This document shows positions 29,263 to 38,499 of a stretch of 64,000 nucleotides of DNA, piece by piece. Positions within the stretch are counted from its first letter, which is position 1, and every line of letters starts with the position of its first letter. The notes beneath the pieces are model-generated. The model did no database searches and was not told the origin of the DNA. It saw nothing but the letters and a program-made list of their open reading frames with translations. The translations under genes and the position numbers were made by a program. This DNA is from a virus: IMG/VR virus record IMGVR_UViG_3300045988_159911; one strand, 5' to 3'.

Positions 29263-29703
29263 TTAGCCACATCCGACCACATACAGATCATTGTTAATGA
29301 TTTTCTTGATCTCCTCTTCGGTCATATCAGTAATCTTCTGCACCGCTTTGATGATACGGTCAATGACCTCCTGCTCAGTCTGAGGTTCATTGGAAGTGTG
29401 GTGCCAAGGCATAGACGGAGGATAGTAGAAGTATGCTGTACCATCGCCATCGTCACCAAAGGTAAGGGAATCTGTATCATCACAGTGACACAGGACATCG
29501 GCAAGATTCTCAAAACCGTTGCCGTAGTAATACTCCTCCATATCGAAAGAAGAGAAATCACCCGTAAGAACCATATCTTTCAAATCTGCCTCTTCGGGAA
29601 ACTGCTCGGAAAAGAACCGCGCCGCCTTTTCCTTGTTGATATGAGACTCAATATCTGCCGCATTGAGGCCAACACCTTCAATCATCCAGTAACTTACGCT
29701 CAC
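29263..29703 (-). CDS. Hypothetical protein
   Basis: 146-aa ORF. Confidence 0.35.
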   Translation of the reverse strand: MSVSYWMIEGVGLNAADIESHINKEKAARFFSEQFPEEADLKDMVLTGDFSSFDMEEYYYGNGFENLADVLCHCDDTDSLTFGDDGDGTAYFYYPPSMPWHHTSNEPQTEQEVIDRIIKAVQKITDMTEEEIKKIINNDLYVVGCG

Positions 29704-29718
29704 TCTGAAAATTCCCCC

Positions 29719-30120
29719 TTACCAGTTGTCATAGTCGGTTACATTTTCTTCCGTGCCGCAAACAGGACACTTAATGGAAATCGCTTCACCAATGCCTGTG
29801 CCGGCCAGTTCAAACAAAAATGTTCCTGCATTTTTGCAAGAAGCGTAGTGCGCTTTTCGGAACTCTGCAATACGCTTCGCCTCCTTGTCAGAAAGCTCAT
29901 GCAGACTATGGCCGCGATAGAATGCAGCCAGTTCATTGGCTTTCTGGATTTCTTCATCTTTGTTCCACTCGGAAAGCTGTTTACGAAGGTCTGCACTTTG
30001 TGCTTTCACACGGTTGTATTCCTGTCGAATTTCCTCCAGAAGCTTGTCAAAATCCTTGAACAGGAACGAGGAAATATCAACCTCTCTGCCGTTAATGTTC
30101 ATTGAAAACCACCTGTTCAC
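29719..30120 (-). CDS. Hypothetical protein with a C-terminal zinc ribbon
   Basis: 133 aa; CKNAGTF...CPVCGTEE. Confidence 0.35.
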   Translation of the reverse strand: MNRWFSMNINGREVDISSFLFKDFDKLLEEIRQEYNRVKAQSADLRKQLSEWNKDEEIQKANELAAFYRGHSLHELSDKEAKRIAEFRKAHYASCKNAGTFLFELAGTGIGEAISIKCPVCGTEENVTDYDNW

Positions 30121-30694
30121 CTTTCTTCAAAGTCCAACAACCGCCACTGACAGATGCACACTCAGTACAGTTACCAGCACATTCTACCGCGCCATCTCTT
30201 GCAGTTGTGGAACCATCGCGATAGCGCACATGAGCTTCGGGTAAAGAAAAAGGGTTGATCATTTCAAGACCAACCCATCCGCTGAACACCATATGCAGAT
30301 TTTTCGGAAGCTCACCATGAGCTGTTATGTATTCGTTTACGATCTCAAACTTCTTTGTGAAGCAGAGGATATCGCAATGTTTCTGGCGGGTTGCTACCTC
30401 AACCATTTTGTCGAAGTAGTCCTTATTCGGAATATCGCCGGATACATGAAATCGGAAGTATCGTGACAACATGATCGTTGCTTCGACCTCTCGCCAATAA
30501 ATATCAGGTGCCTCAATCAGCACCTGAAGGTTATTCTTATATGCCTGCGCTACCGTTCTTCTGATCTTCTCCAGCTTCCTGGCGTAGCACTTCTTCTGAC
30601 AATCACAGGCTCTACAAGTCACTACAGCGGGGAGCGACACGCTCTGGATCGCACCCATCTTTGAGTTACCTTTACTGATGCTTACTACTCCCAT
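30092..30694 (-). CDS. Cys-rich hypothetical protein
   Basis: 200 aa; CRACDCQKKC near the N-terminus and CAGNCTEC near the C-terminus. Confidence 0.35.
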   Translation of the reverse strand: MGVVSISKGNSKMGAIQSVSLPAVVTCRACDCQKKCYARKLEKIRRTVAQAYKNNLQVLIEAPDIYWREVEATIMLSRYFRFHVSGDIPNKDYFDKMVEVATRQKHCDILCFTKKFEIVNEYITAHGELPKNLHMVFSGWVGLEMINPFSLPEAHVRYRDGSTTARDGAVECAGNCTECASVSGGCWTLKKGEQVVFNEH

Positions 30695-30887
30695 CTACTT
30701 CACCTCGCTTATCGTCAAGATGGAAATGCTTTTTGAAAATCTCCATCATCTCGTCGTCTTCAATGTAAAAAGGATCTTTTGTCAGTACATTCATAATCAA
30801 CTGACCGAATCTCCAATCGGGGCACTGACTTTCCCAAATGTCGGCAAGCTGATTGCAAAACTTACGAATACGCTTAGGATCTCTCAC
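30672..30887 (-). CDS. Hypothetical small protein
   Basis: 71-aa ORF. Confidence 0.3.
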   Translation of the reverse strand: MRDPKRIRKFCNQLADIWESQCPDWRFGQLIMNVLTKDPFYIEDDEMMEIFKKHFHLDDKRGEVDGSSKHQ

Positions 30888-30947
30888 GGGTTACCTCCTC
30901 TCAGGTGTAAGAAACTCTGATATAAACCTATTAAAAGGTGCAAGTTA

Positions 30948-31808
30948 TCACAGCCACCGCTCAACATAGTCGCGGTCTTGTGTGAAAATCGGAGGCTCAT
31001 TGTCGATAATCCATTTGCGTCTGGAAACCGTGATGGTCTTACCAGGATTATTCTGGTCAGGCATATTGATTTCCTCAGCTTGCCTATAGCAGCAAGAACC
31101 TCTCTTGCAATCCACGGGGAAATCGTTCCAGTTGATACCATGTACCTGCCACAGCATCTCCTGAATCATGTTTGTGGTCTTCTTATGAAGCTGATTGGCG
31201 CTGAAATACGCTTGTCCAACAGCCTCGATACTGTTTCTGGTGGCATCCTGCTGTCGCCAAATCAAGCAGTTGCAAACTTCATCCTTGGGGACTGAGAATG
31301 CACGAGAATCAAAAAGAGCGCCCTTATTCAGCGCCCTCTTCAAGGTTTCTGCGTATTTGTTCAGCTCCTTTTTGATCTCAGGATCTTCGCTATACATACC
31401 ACTCAGTACATCTTCCCGATTGAAATAATCGTCGATGTTCTGATAGAGCGCTTTGTTAAAAGCCAGGGTTGCCAGCGATGCTGAGATGCTGCACATCTTC
31501 TGGAGGTTATATCCAAACCACGCATCGGTTGTGATGGTCGCGTAGTCCGTCAAAACCAAAGTGATTTCGTCAGACTGTGTGTAGCCAAATACACAACCCT
31601 GAATATTGGCGCAGAGACTTTGCATGGTCTGTTGCATGGTTTTCATCAAGATAGAATCAAAAGGCTTTTTCATGCCCTTTGTAAAGGTGTGAAACGCCTT
31701 GCCGTCAATGCGGATCACAACTGGGACTCTGCGTGTCAGATAGCTACGAGAGATATTTTCATAGCTCTCTTTCATACGGTCACCCAAAGAGTCCTTCTTA
31801 TTGCTCAT
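30948..31808 (-). CDS. Thg1-like tRNA-His guanylyltransferase family protein
   Basis: MKESYENISRSYLTRRVPVVIRIDGKAFHTFTKGMKKPFD...FGYTQSDEITLVL matches the Thg1 N-terminal signature (RxDGxxFHxF...KPxD...SDEIS). Confidence 0.65.
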   Translation of the reverse strand: MSNKKDSLGDRMKESYENISRSYLTRRVPVVIRIDGKAFHTFTKGMKKPFDSILMKTMQQTMQSLCANIQGCVFGYTQSDEITLVLTDYATITTDAWFGYNLQKMCSISASLATLAFNKALYQNIDDYFNREDVLSGMYSEDPEIKKELNKYAETLKRALNKGALFDSRAFSVPKDEVCNCLIWRQQDATRNSIEAVGQAYFSANQLHKKTTNMIQEMLWQVHGINWNDFPVDCKRGSCCYRQAEEINMPDQNNPGKTITVSRRKWIIDNEPPIFTQDRDYVERWL

Positions 31809-33150
31809 CGCTGCACCATCCTTTCATAATCAAATGTTTAATGATTGCGGGGCGCTCGTTTTCAAGGTTACCACTGATGACAGCATCAAGAACCTCATTT
31901 AGAATTCGCCCAACATCTTTACCCTCTTTTACATCGCAGAGGTTCATAATGTCATACCCGTCAATGACCAGATCCTTCAGCTTAAAGCATTGGTTCTGCT
32001 CAATGATTTCGCTTGCCATCATGCCAAGAGCGATACATCTGTCAATGCGAGACTCTTGCGTATCTTTTCTGTGAGCCAGAATATCTGCCATGCGAATATC
32101 AAGAAGTCGCATAAACTGCTTTTCACCGACTTTATTGAGCCATCTACGAACCGTTTTGGGAGTAGGCTCAATAACTGCATCGTGATATAGCACCAGTTCA
32201 AGAATGTCATCTCGCGATTTGTTATCAAAGCGAAGTCTTGTCAGGACTTTTTCTGCAAGGTCATGGCTGAAAACCCCATGACCGTAGAAGTGCCCACCAT
32301 TGTGATCTTCTGTATAACAGCATGGTTTACCAATGTCGTGAAGCAGAAGTGATACATTTACCACCGGATCTGTGGCGTCGTAGTTTGCAACCGCATGAGC
32401 AATATGGTCGTAAATCGTAAACTCATGGAATCGATTGTTCTGGTCAAATCCAATACAAGGCTTAAGTTCAGGAATAATCGTTGCCATCACATCGCTATAT
32501 TCAAGCAGGATATTGAGAATACCCTTGCCGGCCAGCATCTTGCATAGTTCTGACTGGATGCGCTCTGCAGCAATGTTCATCAACCTATCTTTGTTTTGGT
32601 GAATGGATCTTGCTGTTTCTTCGGCAATAGAAAAACCGTATACAGATGCAAATCGCATTGCTCTAAGGATACGCAGAGCGTCCTCTCCAAACCTGTCGTC
32701 TGGATTTCCAACACAGGAAATAACACCACGCTCCAAATCTTCGTTTCCACCAAAAGGATCGATCAGACCGTTATGGTTGTATGCCATTGCGTTAATGGTG
32801 AAGTCTCTGCGAGCCAGATCTTCCGCCACATTTGTTACGAACCTTACCGAATCGGGGTGGCGGTTATCTGAATATTCGCCATCCACTCGAAATGTAGTGA
32901 CCTCATACTGCCCATCGTCCATTACGATGGTTACAGTACCGTGCTTCAATCCTGTCTCGATAACACGCTTGTCACAAAAACTGTATAGAATTTGTGACGG
33001 GGAGGCAGATGTACACACATCCCAATCCTTAGGCTCGACGCCAAGCAGACTGTCTCTTACACAGCCACCGACCACATATGCGTCATATCCTGCCTGCTGT
33101 AGGGTATGGGTAATAATTTGGGCACCCTGAGGAATATGGATATCACTCAT
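31798..33150 (-). CDS. cca: CCA-adding tRNA nucleotidyltransferase with a C-terminal HD domain
   Basis: GGCVRDSLLGVEPKDWDVCTSASP head motif; RxxRF motif; HD motif (LLHDIGKP). Confidence 0.8.
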   Translation of the reverse strand: MSDIHIPQGAQIITHTLQQAGYDAYVVGGCVRDSLLGVEPKDWDVCTSASPSQILYSFCDKRVIETGLKHGTVTIVMDDGQYEVTTFRVDGEYSDNRHPDSVRFVTNVAEDLARRDFTINAMAYNHNGLIDPFGGNEDLERGVISCVGNPDDRFGEDALRILRAMRFASVYGFSIAEETARSIHQNKDRLMNIAAERIQSELCKMLAGKGILNILLEYSDVMATIIPELKPCIGFDQNNRFHEFTIYDHIAHAVANYDATDPVVNVSLLLHDIGKPCCYTEDHNGGHFYGHGVFSHDLAEKVLTRLRFDNKSRDDILELVLYHDAVIEPTPKTVRRWLNKVGEKQFMRLLDIRMADILAHRKDTQESRIDRCIALGMMASEIIEQNQCFKLKDLVIDGYDIMNLCDVKEGKDVGRILNEVLDAVISGNLENERPAIIKHLIMKGWCSDEQ

Positions 33151-34165
33151 TGATCGCCCTCCTGTTTACTTCTACCACAAACTCTTCAACACGCTTCATA
33201 TTGGGTGTTGCCGGCAGGTCAGTGTTTTCCTTGGCATACTTCAAACGCTTCTCGTAGCTATTCACCAAGTCGAAGAATTCCTGCCTATATGAACCGTCTT
33301 CTCTCTGGAATTTGCCATTACGAATACTCAGCAAAAACTCCCGATCTCCGTAACGGTAGGTATTGATCTCACCCTTTTCCAGAATGTCAAGGCACATCAT
33401 GTACAGACGGATTAGGTGCATGGCGTGCTTGTTGAGATGGTTGTCGTCCTTTTTACGATTTCGATGGTTCAGCTTTTCATAGTTGCCAATGACATTGGAA
33501 AGCGTATTTATCATCACGCTAAAATCTCTTGCAGGGAACTTGTCGATGTGAATGTTGCAAAAGACTTCTCGATCCAAATCATCGCGTGGACTTTCATCTG
33601 TAAACAGGGTAATGCCGCCGCTATCCATCACAGAATAGCGGTCTGCGAAAGCCTTAAAAGAACGCTCCATTGCACTTCGGATATGTTCTTCGGTATCCGC
33701 CTGACACATTTTATCTCTTGCCAGAGCATTCTGCAGGCGTCGTAGCTGCTGTGTTGCATACCCGCCAAAAGAATTAACTGCCTTCTGAGAAAGGAAGAGA
33801 TCGCGGTTGTCAATCATCATCTGTCCAGCGTCAGAGATGTAAAAATAATGCTCTGGCTTGCAGCCGAGCATCTCAATGGTGTTGGGGTTGCAGTTAAGCA
33901 AAAGACCAATCAGTTTATTAAACCCGTAGATCGTGGTGTCGGTCTGTGTGTGTACGACCTGCTCAAAGTTCGTGAGGCCGAGGATATCGCTTTTGCTGTT
34001 CATTGCACACCCTCGAATATCGACATCCGAGGTTTCAACATTCGTTCCGTAGGCGTAACTCCCGCCCAGTGTCAGAAACATGATGCGATCCTTGAGATGT
34101 GGGTTGGTTCGCAGAAAATCATATTCTTCGCTTGCCACCATCTCTTTAATTTGCTCAATCGTCAT
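33143..34165 (-). CDS. Pol-beta superfamily nucleotidyltransferase, possibly an RlaP-like RNA-repair-associated enzyme
   Basis: TLGGSYAYGTNVETSDVDIRG carries the GS...DxD minimal nucleotidyltransferase motif. Overlaps the cca start by 8 nt, so the two are translationally coupled. Confidence 0.55.
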   Translation of the reverse strand: MTIEQIKEMVASEEYDFLRTNPHLKDRIMFLTLGGSYAYGTNVETSDVDIRGCAMNSKSDILGLTNFEQVVHTQTDTTIYGFNKLIGLLLNCNPNTIEMLGCKPEHYFYISDAGQMMIDNRDLFLSQKAVNSFGGYATQQLRRLQNALARDKMCQADTEEHIRSAMERSFKAFADRYSVMDSGGITLFTDESPRDDLDREVFCNIHIDKFPARDFSVMINTLSNVIGNYEKLNHRNRKKDDNHLNKHAMHLIRLYMMCLDILEKGEINTYRYGDREFLLSIRNGKFQREDGSYRQEFFDLVNSYEKRLKYAKENTDLPATPNMKRVEEFVVEVNRRAINE

Positions 34166-34701
34166 ACGCTCCTCCTTCCTTGGTATGTTTCGTATAATGC
34201 TTTCTGTGGCGCATACTCACCAAAGAGTTCAATCTCTTTTGAGAGCCTTGCCTTGACAGCATCTTCTTTGAATTTGTATCTCCCTATGTAAACGCGCTTG
34301 CCGTTGTATGAGATATTAGCAAGCCACATTCCGCGTTCCTTATCGTAGAAAACACCCGTTACGCCGGAAGTGTTGGTGGAATAAAGACCACGGTTGCGGT
34401 CGTTCTCTGTAAACGCACAGCGTCTCAGATTGCGCTTGCGGTTATCTTTTCTATTCTTGTCGATATGGTCAACTATCTCTCCGGGCTTAGCGTGCATCAC
34501 AATCCTGTGGAATCTGGAGACCTGATAACGACCGAAATAGTAATAGCCGCATACGAGGTATCCATCTTTATCGGGATACCAGTTGCGGCTTTGGATCAAA
34601 TGCAGATCGTCGAGATCAAACAGATATTCAGATGTTCCGAGGTGAAGAATACCGTGCGTTGAAAGAAGCTCAATTCGTTTCTGGGCGGCTTTCATCTCCA
34701 C
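34162..34701 (-). CDS. HNH homing endonuclease with an AP2 DNA-binding domain
   Basis: HNH region RFHRIVMHAKPGEIVDHIDKNRKDNRKRNL; AP2-like region SGVTGVFYDKERGMWLANISYNGKRVYIGRYKFKEDAVKAR. Confidence 0.65.
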   Translation of the reverse strand: MEMKAAQKRIELLSTHGILHLGTSEYLFDLDDLHLIQSRNWYPDKDGYLVCGYYYFGRYQVSRFHRIVMHAKPGEIVDHIDKNRKDNRKRNLRRCAFTENDRNRGLYSTNTSGVTGVFYDKERGMWLANISYNGKRVYIGRYKFKEDAVKARLSKEIELFGEYAPQKALYETYQGRRSV

Positions 34702-34979
34702 TTACCGTCAAAACTCTCTCCGGTTGAGTAGCCATCCGCATCATAGTAGTTGACACGAACCCAGCCGTTTTCCTGCTCAGTTTTCAAAACCATGCCGGTT
34801 TTAGAAACAGACAGATACACGGTTTCGCCGTCAGAGTTTTCTCCTGTAAACATAGTATCGCTGTCAGCGTACTGCTGAATAATTTCTTTTCGTCCTTCTA
34901 CCGTATCAAAACGGCAGGACAACTCATTTGGGATCTTCATGCCTATCACCCCCTTGTGTCCAGTGTACCGTGTAGCCAA
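34692..34979 (-). CDS. Hypothetical protein
   Basis: 95-aa ORF. Confidence 0.3.
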   Translation of the reverse strand: MATRYTGHKGVIGMKIPNELSCRFDTVEGRKEIIQQYADSDTMFTGENSDGETVYLSVSKTGMVLKTEQENGWVRVNYYDADGYSTGESFDGKWR

Positions 34980-35203
34980 TCGCTGTGTGTCCAGTACACT
35001 AAGTAGTTCTCGTTTTCGTATTCAAACCTTACAATCTCTTCCTCAAGACTGTAGTAATCTCCATCGAGAGAGATCAGCTTTTCACCGTCCCACTGGCAAT
35101 ACCCAAAGAGAATACCGTCTTCACACTCGTCAAACGGATCATTGGTTCTTGCCATAATGGTTTCAACCGGTTTACCTTTGGTGAGAATATCTCGCAACTT
35201 CAT
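34946..35203 (-). CDS. Hypothetical protein
   Basis: 85-aa ORF. Confidence 0.3.
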   Translation of the reverse strand: MKLRDILTKGKPVETIMARTNDPFDECEDGILFGYCQWDGEKLISLDGDYYSLEEEIVRFEYENENYLVYWTHSDWLHGTLDTRG

Positions 35204-35206
35204 TGC

Positions 35207-35506
35207 TTATACCTTACCATCTTCACAACAACGCCATTCGTCATAGCAGGCCGGCGACATACCCTCGTATTCGTCACCGCTATGGTCGATTGCCCACTGA
35301 ACAAGATACCTAAGATAGCGTTCCCATTGAACATCACCATCTACCAATGCCCAATCGCCCAGAGACACACCGCTTTGTTCAAGCCACCCGAACTCCCGCT
35401 CCAGAAAATCTCCAGGAGCGGATTCTTCGTGGCCATTGGTTTCGTCGTATCTTGAAGCAACACCCTCGTCAAAGCCGAGGATCGCAACAAATTCTCTCGT
35501 AACCAT
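35207..35506 (-). CDS. Hypothetical acidic protein
   Basis: 99-aa ORF. Confidence 0.3.
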   Translation of the reverse strand: MVTREFVAILGFDEGVASRYDETNGHEESAPGDFLEREFGWLEQSGVSLGDWALVDGDVQWERYLRYLVQWAIDHSGDEYEGMSPACYDEWRCCEDGKV

Positions 35507-35529
35507 TTACAATCCTCGCTCTCTTTAGA

Positions 35530-35985
35530 TTAGGCGCTGAGAGTTTCACGGTAAGCTGCAAGCAGCTCAGCCATCTCAGGGTTGGTGTTGGCGATAGTCT
35601 GATAAACCAGAAGTTCCTGACTATCCTTGACCATCTTATCCATCTTCTTTTTCAGGGCAGTACGGTTGGAACGCATCTCGCAGCGCTTCTCATAGGCCGC
35701 AAGATCAACCTTGCAGAGAATTTCTGCAGTAGGAGCGGTGCCGGCATATTCAGCAGTAGGCTCAATACCAACAACCTTGACTACGCCGTAGTTGCCGGTG
35801 CCATAGCCGTTGTTGGATTTAACCAGTGCGTAGTCTCCAACCTCAACCACGCGATCATAGAGAGCAAAGTGATACACTTTTGTGGTGTTCGTACCCTCAA
35901 TGAACTTTACAGATGCAACTTCCTCATAACCATTCATAGCCATAGGTAAATCCTCCTTAATAATGTATGTAATTACTGACATCAA
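35530..35985 (-). CDS. Hypothetical protein
   Basis: 151-aa ORF. Confidence 0.35.
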   Translation of the reverse strand: MMSVITYIIKEDLPMAMNGYEEVASVKFIEGTNTTKVYHFALYDRVVEVGDYALVKSNNGYGTGNYGVVKVVGIEPTAEYAGTAPTAEILCKVDLAAYEKRCEMRSNRTALKKKMDKMVKDSQELLVYQTIANTNPEMAELLAAYRETLSA

Positions 35986-36012
35986 GCACAGGTTTGTCGA
36001 TATTTATTGACA

Positions 36013-36612
36013 TTAGCAAATCCAATGAATAACCATATCTTCGCCATCGTCATTGGTACGAACTCCCGACGGATGGCTGTCGATAAAGTCAATCAGATCT
36101 TCAATATCCGCAAACGGCACAGCATCCAGGTCGTACTTGCAGACCGCAAGATCTTCGAGCTGAAGGTCTTCTTCATCGCAATATTCCTCAAAATATTCTT
36201 CGGGCATATCAAACCATGCGACATCAAACTTGAAAGTTTCAGACCCAAGGTCGATGGTAACACGACCTTCTTCCCACTTTCTGGTCTCCTCTTTTCCGCT
36301 TTCGGTTACCGAGATCAAACCATTGTTGCGATTGGTGCAGTCTTTGAATTCAAAGCCGCCGAATTTTTCTGGCTGTTTTTGAATTTCTGCTCGTTCAGTC
36401 TCGTTGACACCACCACCGGTTGCCTCCAGAAGTTCAATCGCCATCTTCAGGCCAACGATTGCCTCAGAATCGTAGTAGGAATCAATGATATGCTTAGTAA
36501 GATTAAGGGCGGAACCCGTATAGGCAGACCAGTGATAGTAACAGTTTGCCAACGAGGTTTCGCCGTTTACGATCTCAATATTCAATCTCTGACCCATAGG
36601 GCACCCTCCCAT
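36013..36612 (-). CDS. Hypothetical protein
   Basis: 199-aa ORF. Confidence 0.35.
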   Translation of the reverse strand: MGGCPMGQRLNIEIVNGETSLANCYYHWSAYTGSALNLTKHIIDSYYDSEAIVGLKMAIELLEATGGGVNETERAEIQKQPEKFGGFEFKDCTNRNNGLISVTESGKEETRKWEEGRVTIDLGSETFKFDVAWFDMPEEYFEEYCDEEDLQLEDLAVCKYDLDAVPFADIEDLIDFIDSHPSGVRTNDDGEDMVIHWIC

Positions 36613-36615
36613 CTT

Positions 36616-36822
36616 TTATCCAAAGAAGTATCGCTGCGGGACGCTTTCTTCTCCGTTATTTTCTTGAGTAGACCAAGCAGAACCGCATTTTCTGCAGCTA
36701 TAAAGCCGTTCCGTAAGACCGGAAAGCGACTCGTCAGACCCGATCACACATTCGCACATGATTGGAAAACCACATTCGGGACACACCTTATCCATACCGT
36801 CCTGAATTTCGATTTTTCTCAT
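36616..36822 (-). CDS. Small zinc-ribbon protein (internal start of a longer ORF)
   Basis: MRKIEIQDGMDKVCPECGF...CRKCGSAW. The upstream part of the 142-aa ORF overlaps the 36833..37054 gene in another frame. Confidence 0.3.
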   Translation of the reverse strand: MRKIEIQDGMDKVCPECGFPIMCECVIGSDESLSGLTERLYSCRKCGSAWSTQENNGEESVPQRYFFG

Positions 36823-36832
36823 ATTTCCTCCG

Positions 36833-37054
36833 TTAGTGGCGGTATATATCCGTCCACTCTGTTTTACTCCAGTCGATTTTCTGACCGCACTCTTTGCAGA
36901 ACTTATCTGTATGTGTCGACCAGTCATCTTCACCATTGCCGGTAATAATAAAACCACCAACCTCAGTGCCACAAACTGGGCATCCAAAGTAATGGTGGTG
37001 AACCGCATTGCTTCCTGCGTTGCATAGAACGGGAGACAAACCATTATTTTTCAT
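36833..37054 (-). CDS. Small zinc-ribbon protein
   Basis: 73 aa; CPVCGTE...CKECGQK. Confidence 0.35.
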   Translation of the reverse strand: MKNNGLSPVLCNAGSNAVHHHYFGCPVCGTEVGGFIITGNGEDDWSTHTDKFCKECGQKIDWSKTEWTDIYRH

Positions 37055-37058
37055 TGAC

Positions 37059-37544
37059 TTAACCTTTCATCATCTTGAGAGGTAGCAATACAGTTGTACG
37101 CTCTCTCATCCACGGTTTATCGGCTGGCACAAAATCGCCGTCATATTCTGTTAGGACAACGAAGTTCCCGACAATGTATTGAATACTATCTCCAGACTCC
37201 GGTGCCCCGGTATTTTTATTGTAGGTTTGAGCCAAACACACCTTTCGAACACACCTATCCATTGTCTCTCTGATAAAATACAGCGTGCCATCGTGAATAC
37301 AACTTTCAGATGTGAAGTAATCGAAATCTGCATTGCCATCAAAAGAAATACTGACATCAAAGCAGATTTCAGTTTCACCATCAACCTTTCCCTCAAAGAA
37401 AAAGTTTCTGGCACCGTGAAGATATTCATCAAAGATAGCTTCGGTTTCATAATCTTCAGCAGCATTATCCCAACTGCGGTCTGCGTAACTTGAACGATAG
37501 GCATTTTGTGCCGTTGCTTTGCAGAAATCAAGTGACTTACTCAT
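37059..37544 (-). CDS. Hypothetical protein
   Basis: 161-aa ORF. Confidence 0.35.
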   Translation of the reverse strand: MSKSLDFCKATAQNAYRSSYADRSWDNAAEDYETEAIFDEYLHGARNFFFEGKVDGETEICFDVSISFDGNADFDYFTSESCIHDGTLYFIRETMDRCVRKVCLAQTYNKNTGAPESGDSIQYIVGNFVVLTEYDGDFVPADKPWMRERTTVLLPLKMMKG

Positions 37545-37554
37545 ATACTCCTCC

Positions 37555-37830
37555 TTACTTCTTCATGTGATAATGCCACACAAATCCATAAGCATCCTGG
37601 ACGGTTTTAACATACTCGACCTTATCCATAACCTCGGGCGGAATTTCCCATCCTGTTCCGATTGGAATCAATTCCACCTCCACTTCTGGAACCGAGTCAT
37701 CGGTTAAAATCCAAGCAGTTACAACAGAACGCTGAACCTGAATGTCTAACAAGCGGACGAATCTGCACTTAATTTCCGTAGGTACTTCTCCATTATACAG
37801 AGGATATTTCAGAATCCTTTTAGCGTTCAT
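37555..37830 (-). CDS. Hypothetical protein
   Basis: 91-aa ORF. Confidence 0.3.
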   Translation of the reverse strand: MNAKRILKYPLYNGEVPTEIKCRFVRLLDIQVQRSVVTAWILTDDSVPEVEVELIPIGTGWEIPPEVMDKVEYVKTVQDAYGFVWHYHMKK

Positions 37831-37845
37831 AAAATCAGCCTTTCA

Positions 37846-38121
37846 TTACCAAAATCTCACTTTTTTCACATCGTTTTCCTCAAGAAAATCAACGCCGCCA
37901 AAGTACCGACATTTATCACACGCGTCTTCGTGTTCAACATCAAAATTATACTTTGCTTTTGGGCATACACTGAGGAAATCATCTGTCTCTAAAATGCGAA
38001 GCGCATAACAAAAGTGGGAATGATCTTCATTTGTCCATGATGAACTTTTTATTCGCACACAAGGAAAACGAATTTTATGTATCGCTGCACGAATTGCAGA
38101 ACGCAATATCCAAAGCTTCAT
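37846..38121 (-). CDS. Hypothetical protein
   Basis: 91-aa ORF. Confidence 0.3.
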   Translation of the reverse strand: MKLWILRSAIRAAIHKIRFPCVRIKSSSWTNEDHSHFCYALRILETDDFLSVCPKAKYNFDVEHEDACDKCRYFGGVDFLEENDVKKVRFW

Positions 38122-38160
38122 TTTGTGCCCTCACTTTCTGCACCGAATTGCATAAACTTC

Positions 38161-38499
38161 TTAAAATACAGGTCTTTGTGCATCACAGATAATCTTGTGA
38201 AACTCCTCTTCGGAAATCTCATATTCATCATTTTCAAAGTGTTCTTTGAATGCTCTGTTCAAACCGATGCAAATATCCTCTGCGTACTTGGCAAACTCCG
38301 CATGAATCATTGCCATCACCCTATCGCCAAGAGTTCGATAATCTATGGCCTCATGCACCTCATGCATATTAGGGTGCGCCCATACTGCATCAACATCGGC
38401 GCGGATGTTTGCCTGCTGTTCTTGTATGTCATACACTCTGGCTTCAACATCGTAAATAAGCCCTTGCAGGCGGTCAAAATCTTCAGGCATTAGTACCAC
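38161..38499 (-). CDS. Hypothetical protein
   Basis: 112-aa ORF. Confidence 0.3.
   Translation of the reverse strand: MVLMPEDFDRLQGLIYDVEARVYDIQEQQANIRADVDAVWAHPNMHEVHEAIDYRTLGDRVMAMIHAEFAKYAEDICIGLNRAFKEHFENDEYEISEEEFHKIICDAQRPVF

Noticed and set aside
29080-30105. 341-aa plus-strand ORF (another of 312 aa lies at 36007..36945)
   Set aside because: Both are antisense to tightly packed minus-strand genes that have RBSs. They have no RBS themselves and show a hydrophobic, low-complexity composition.
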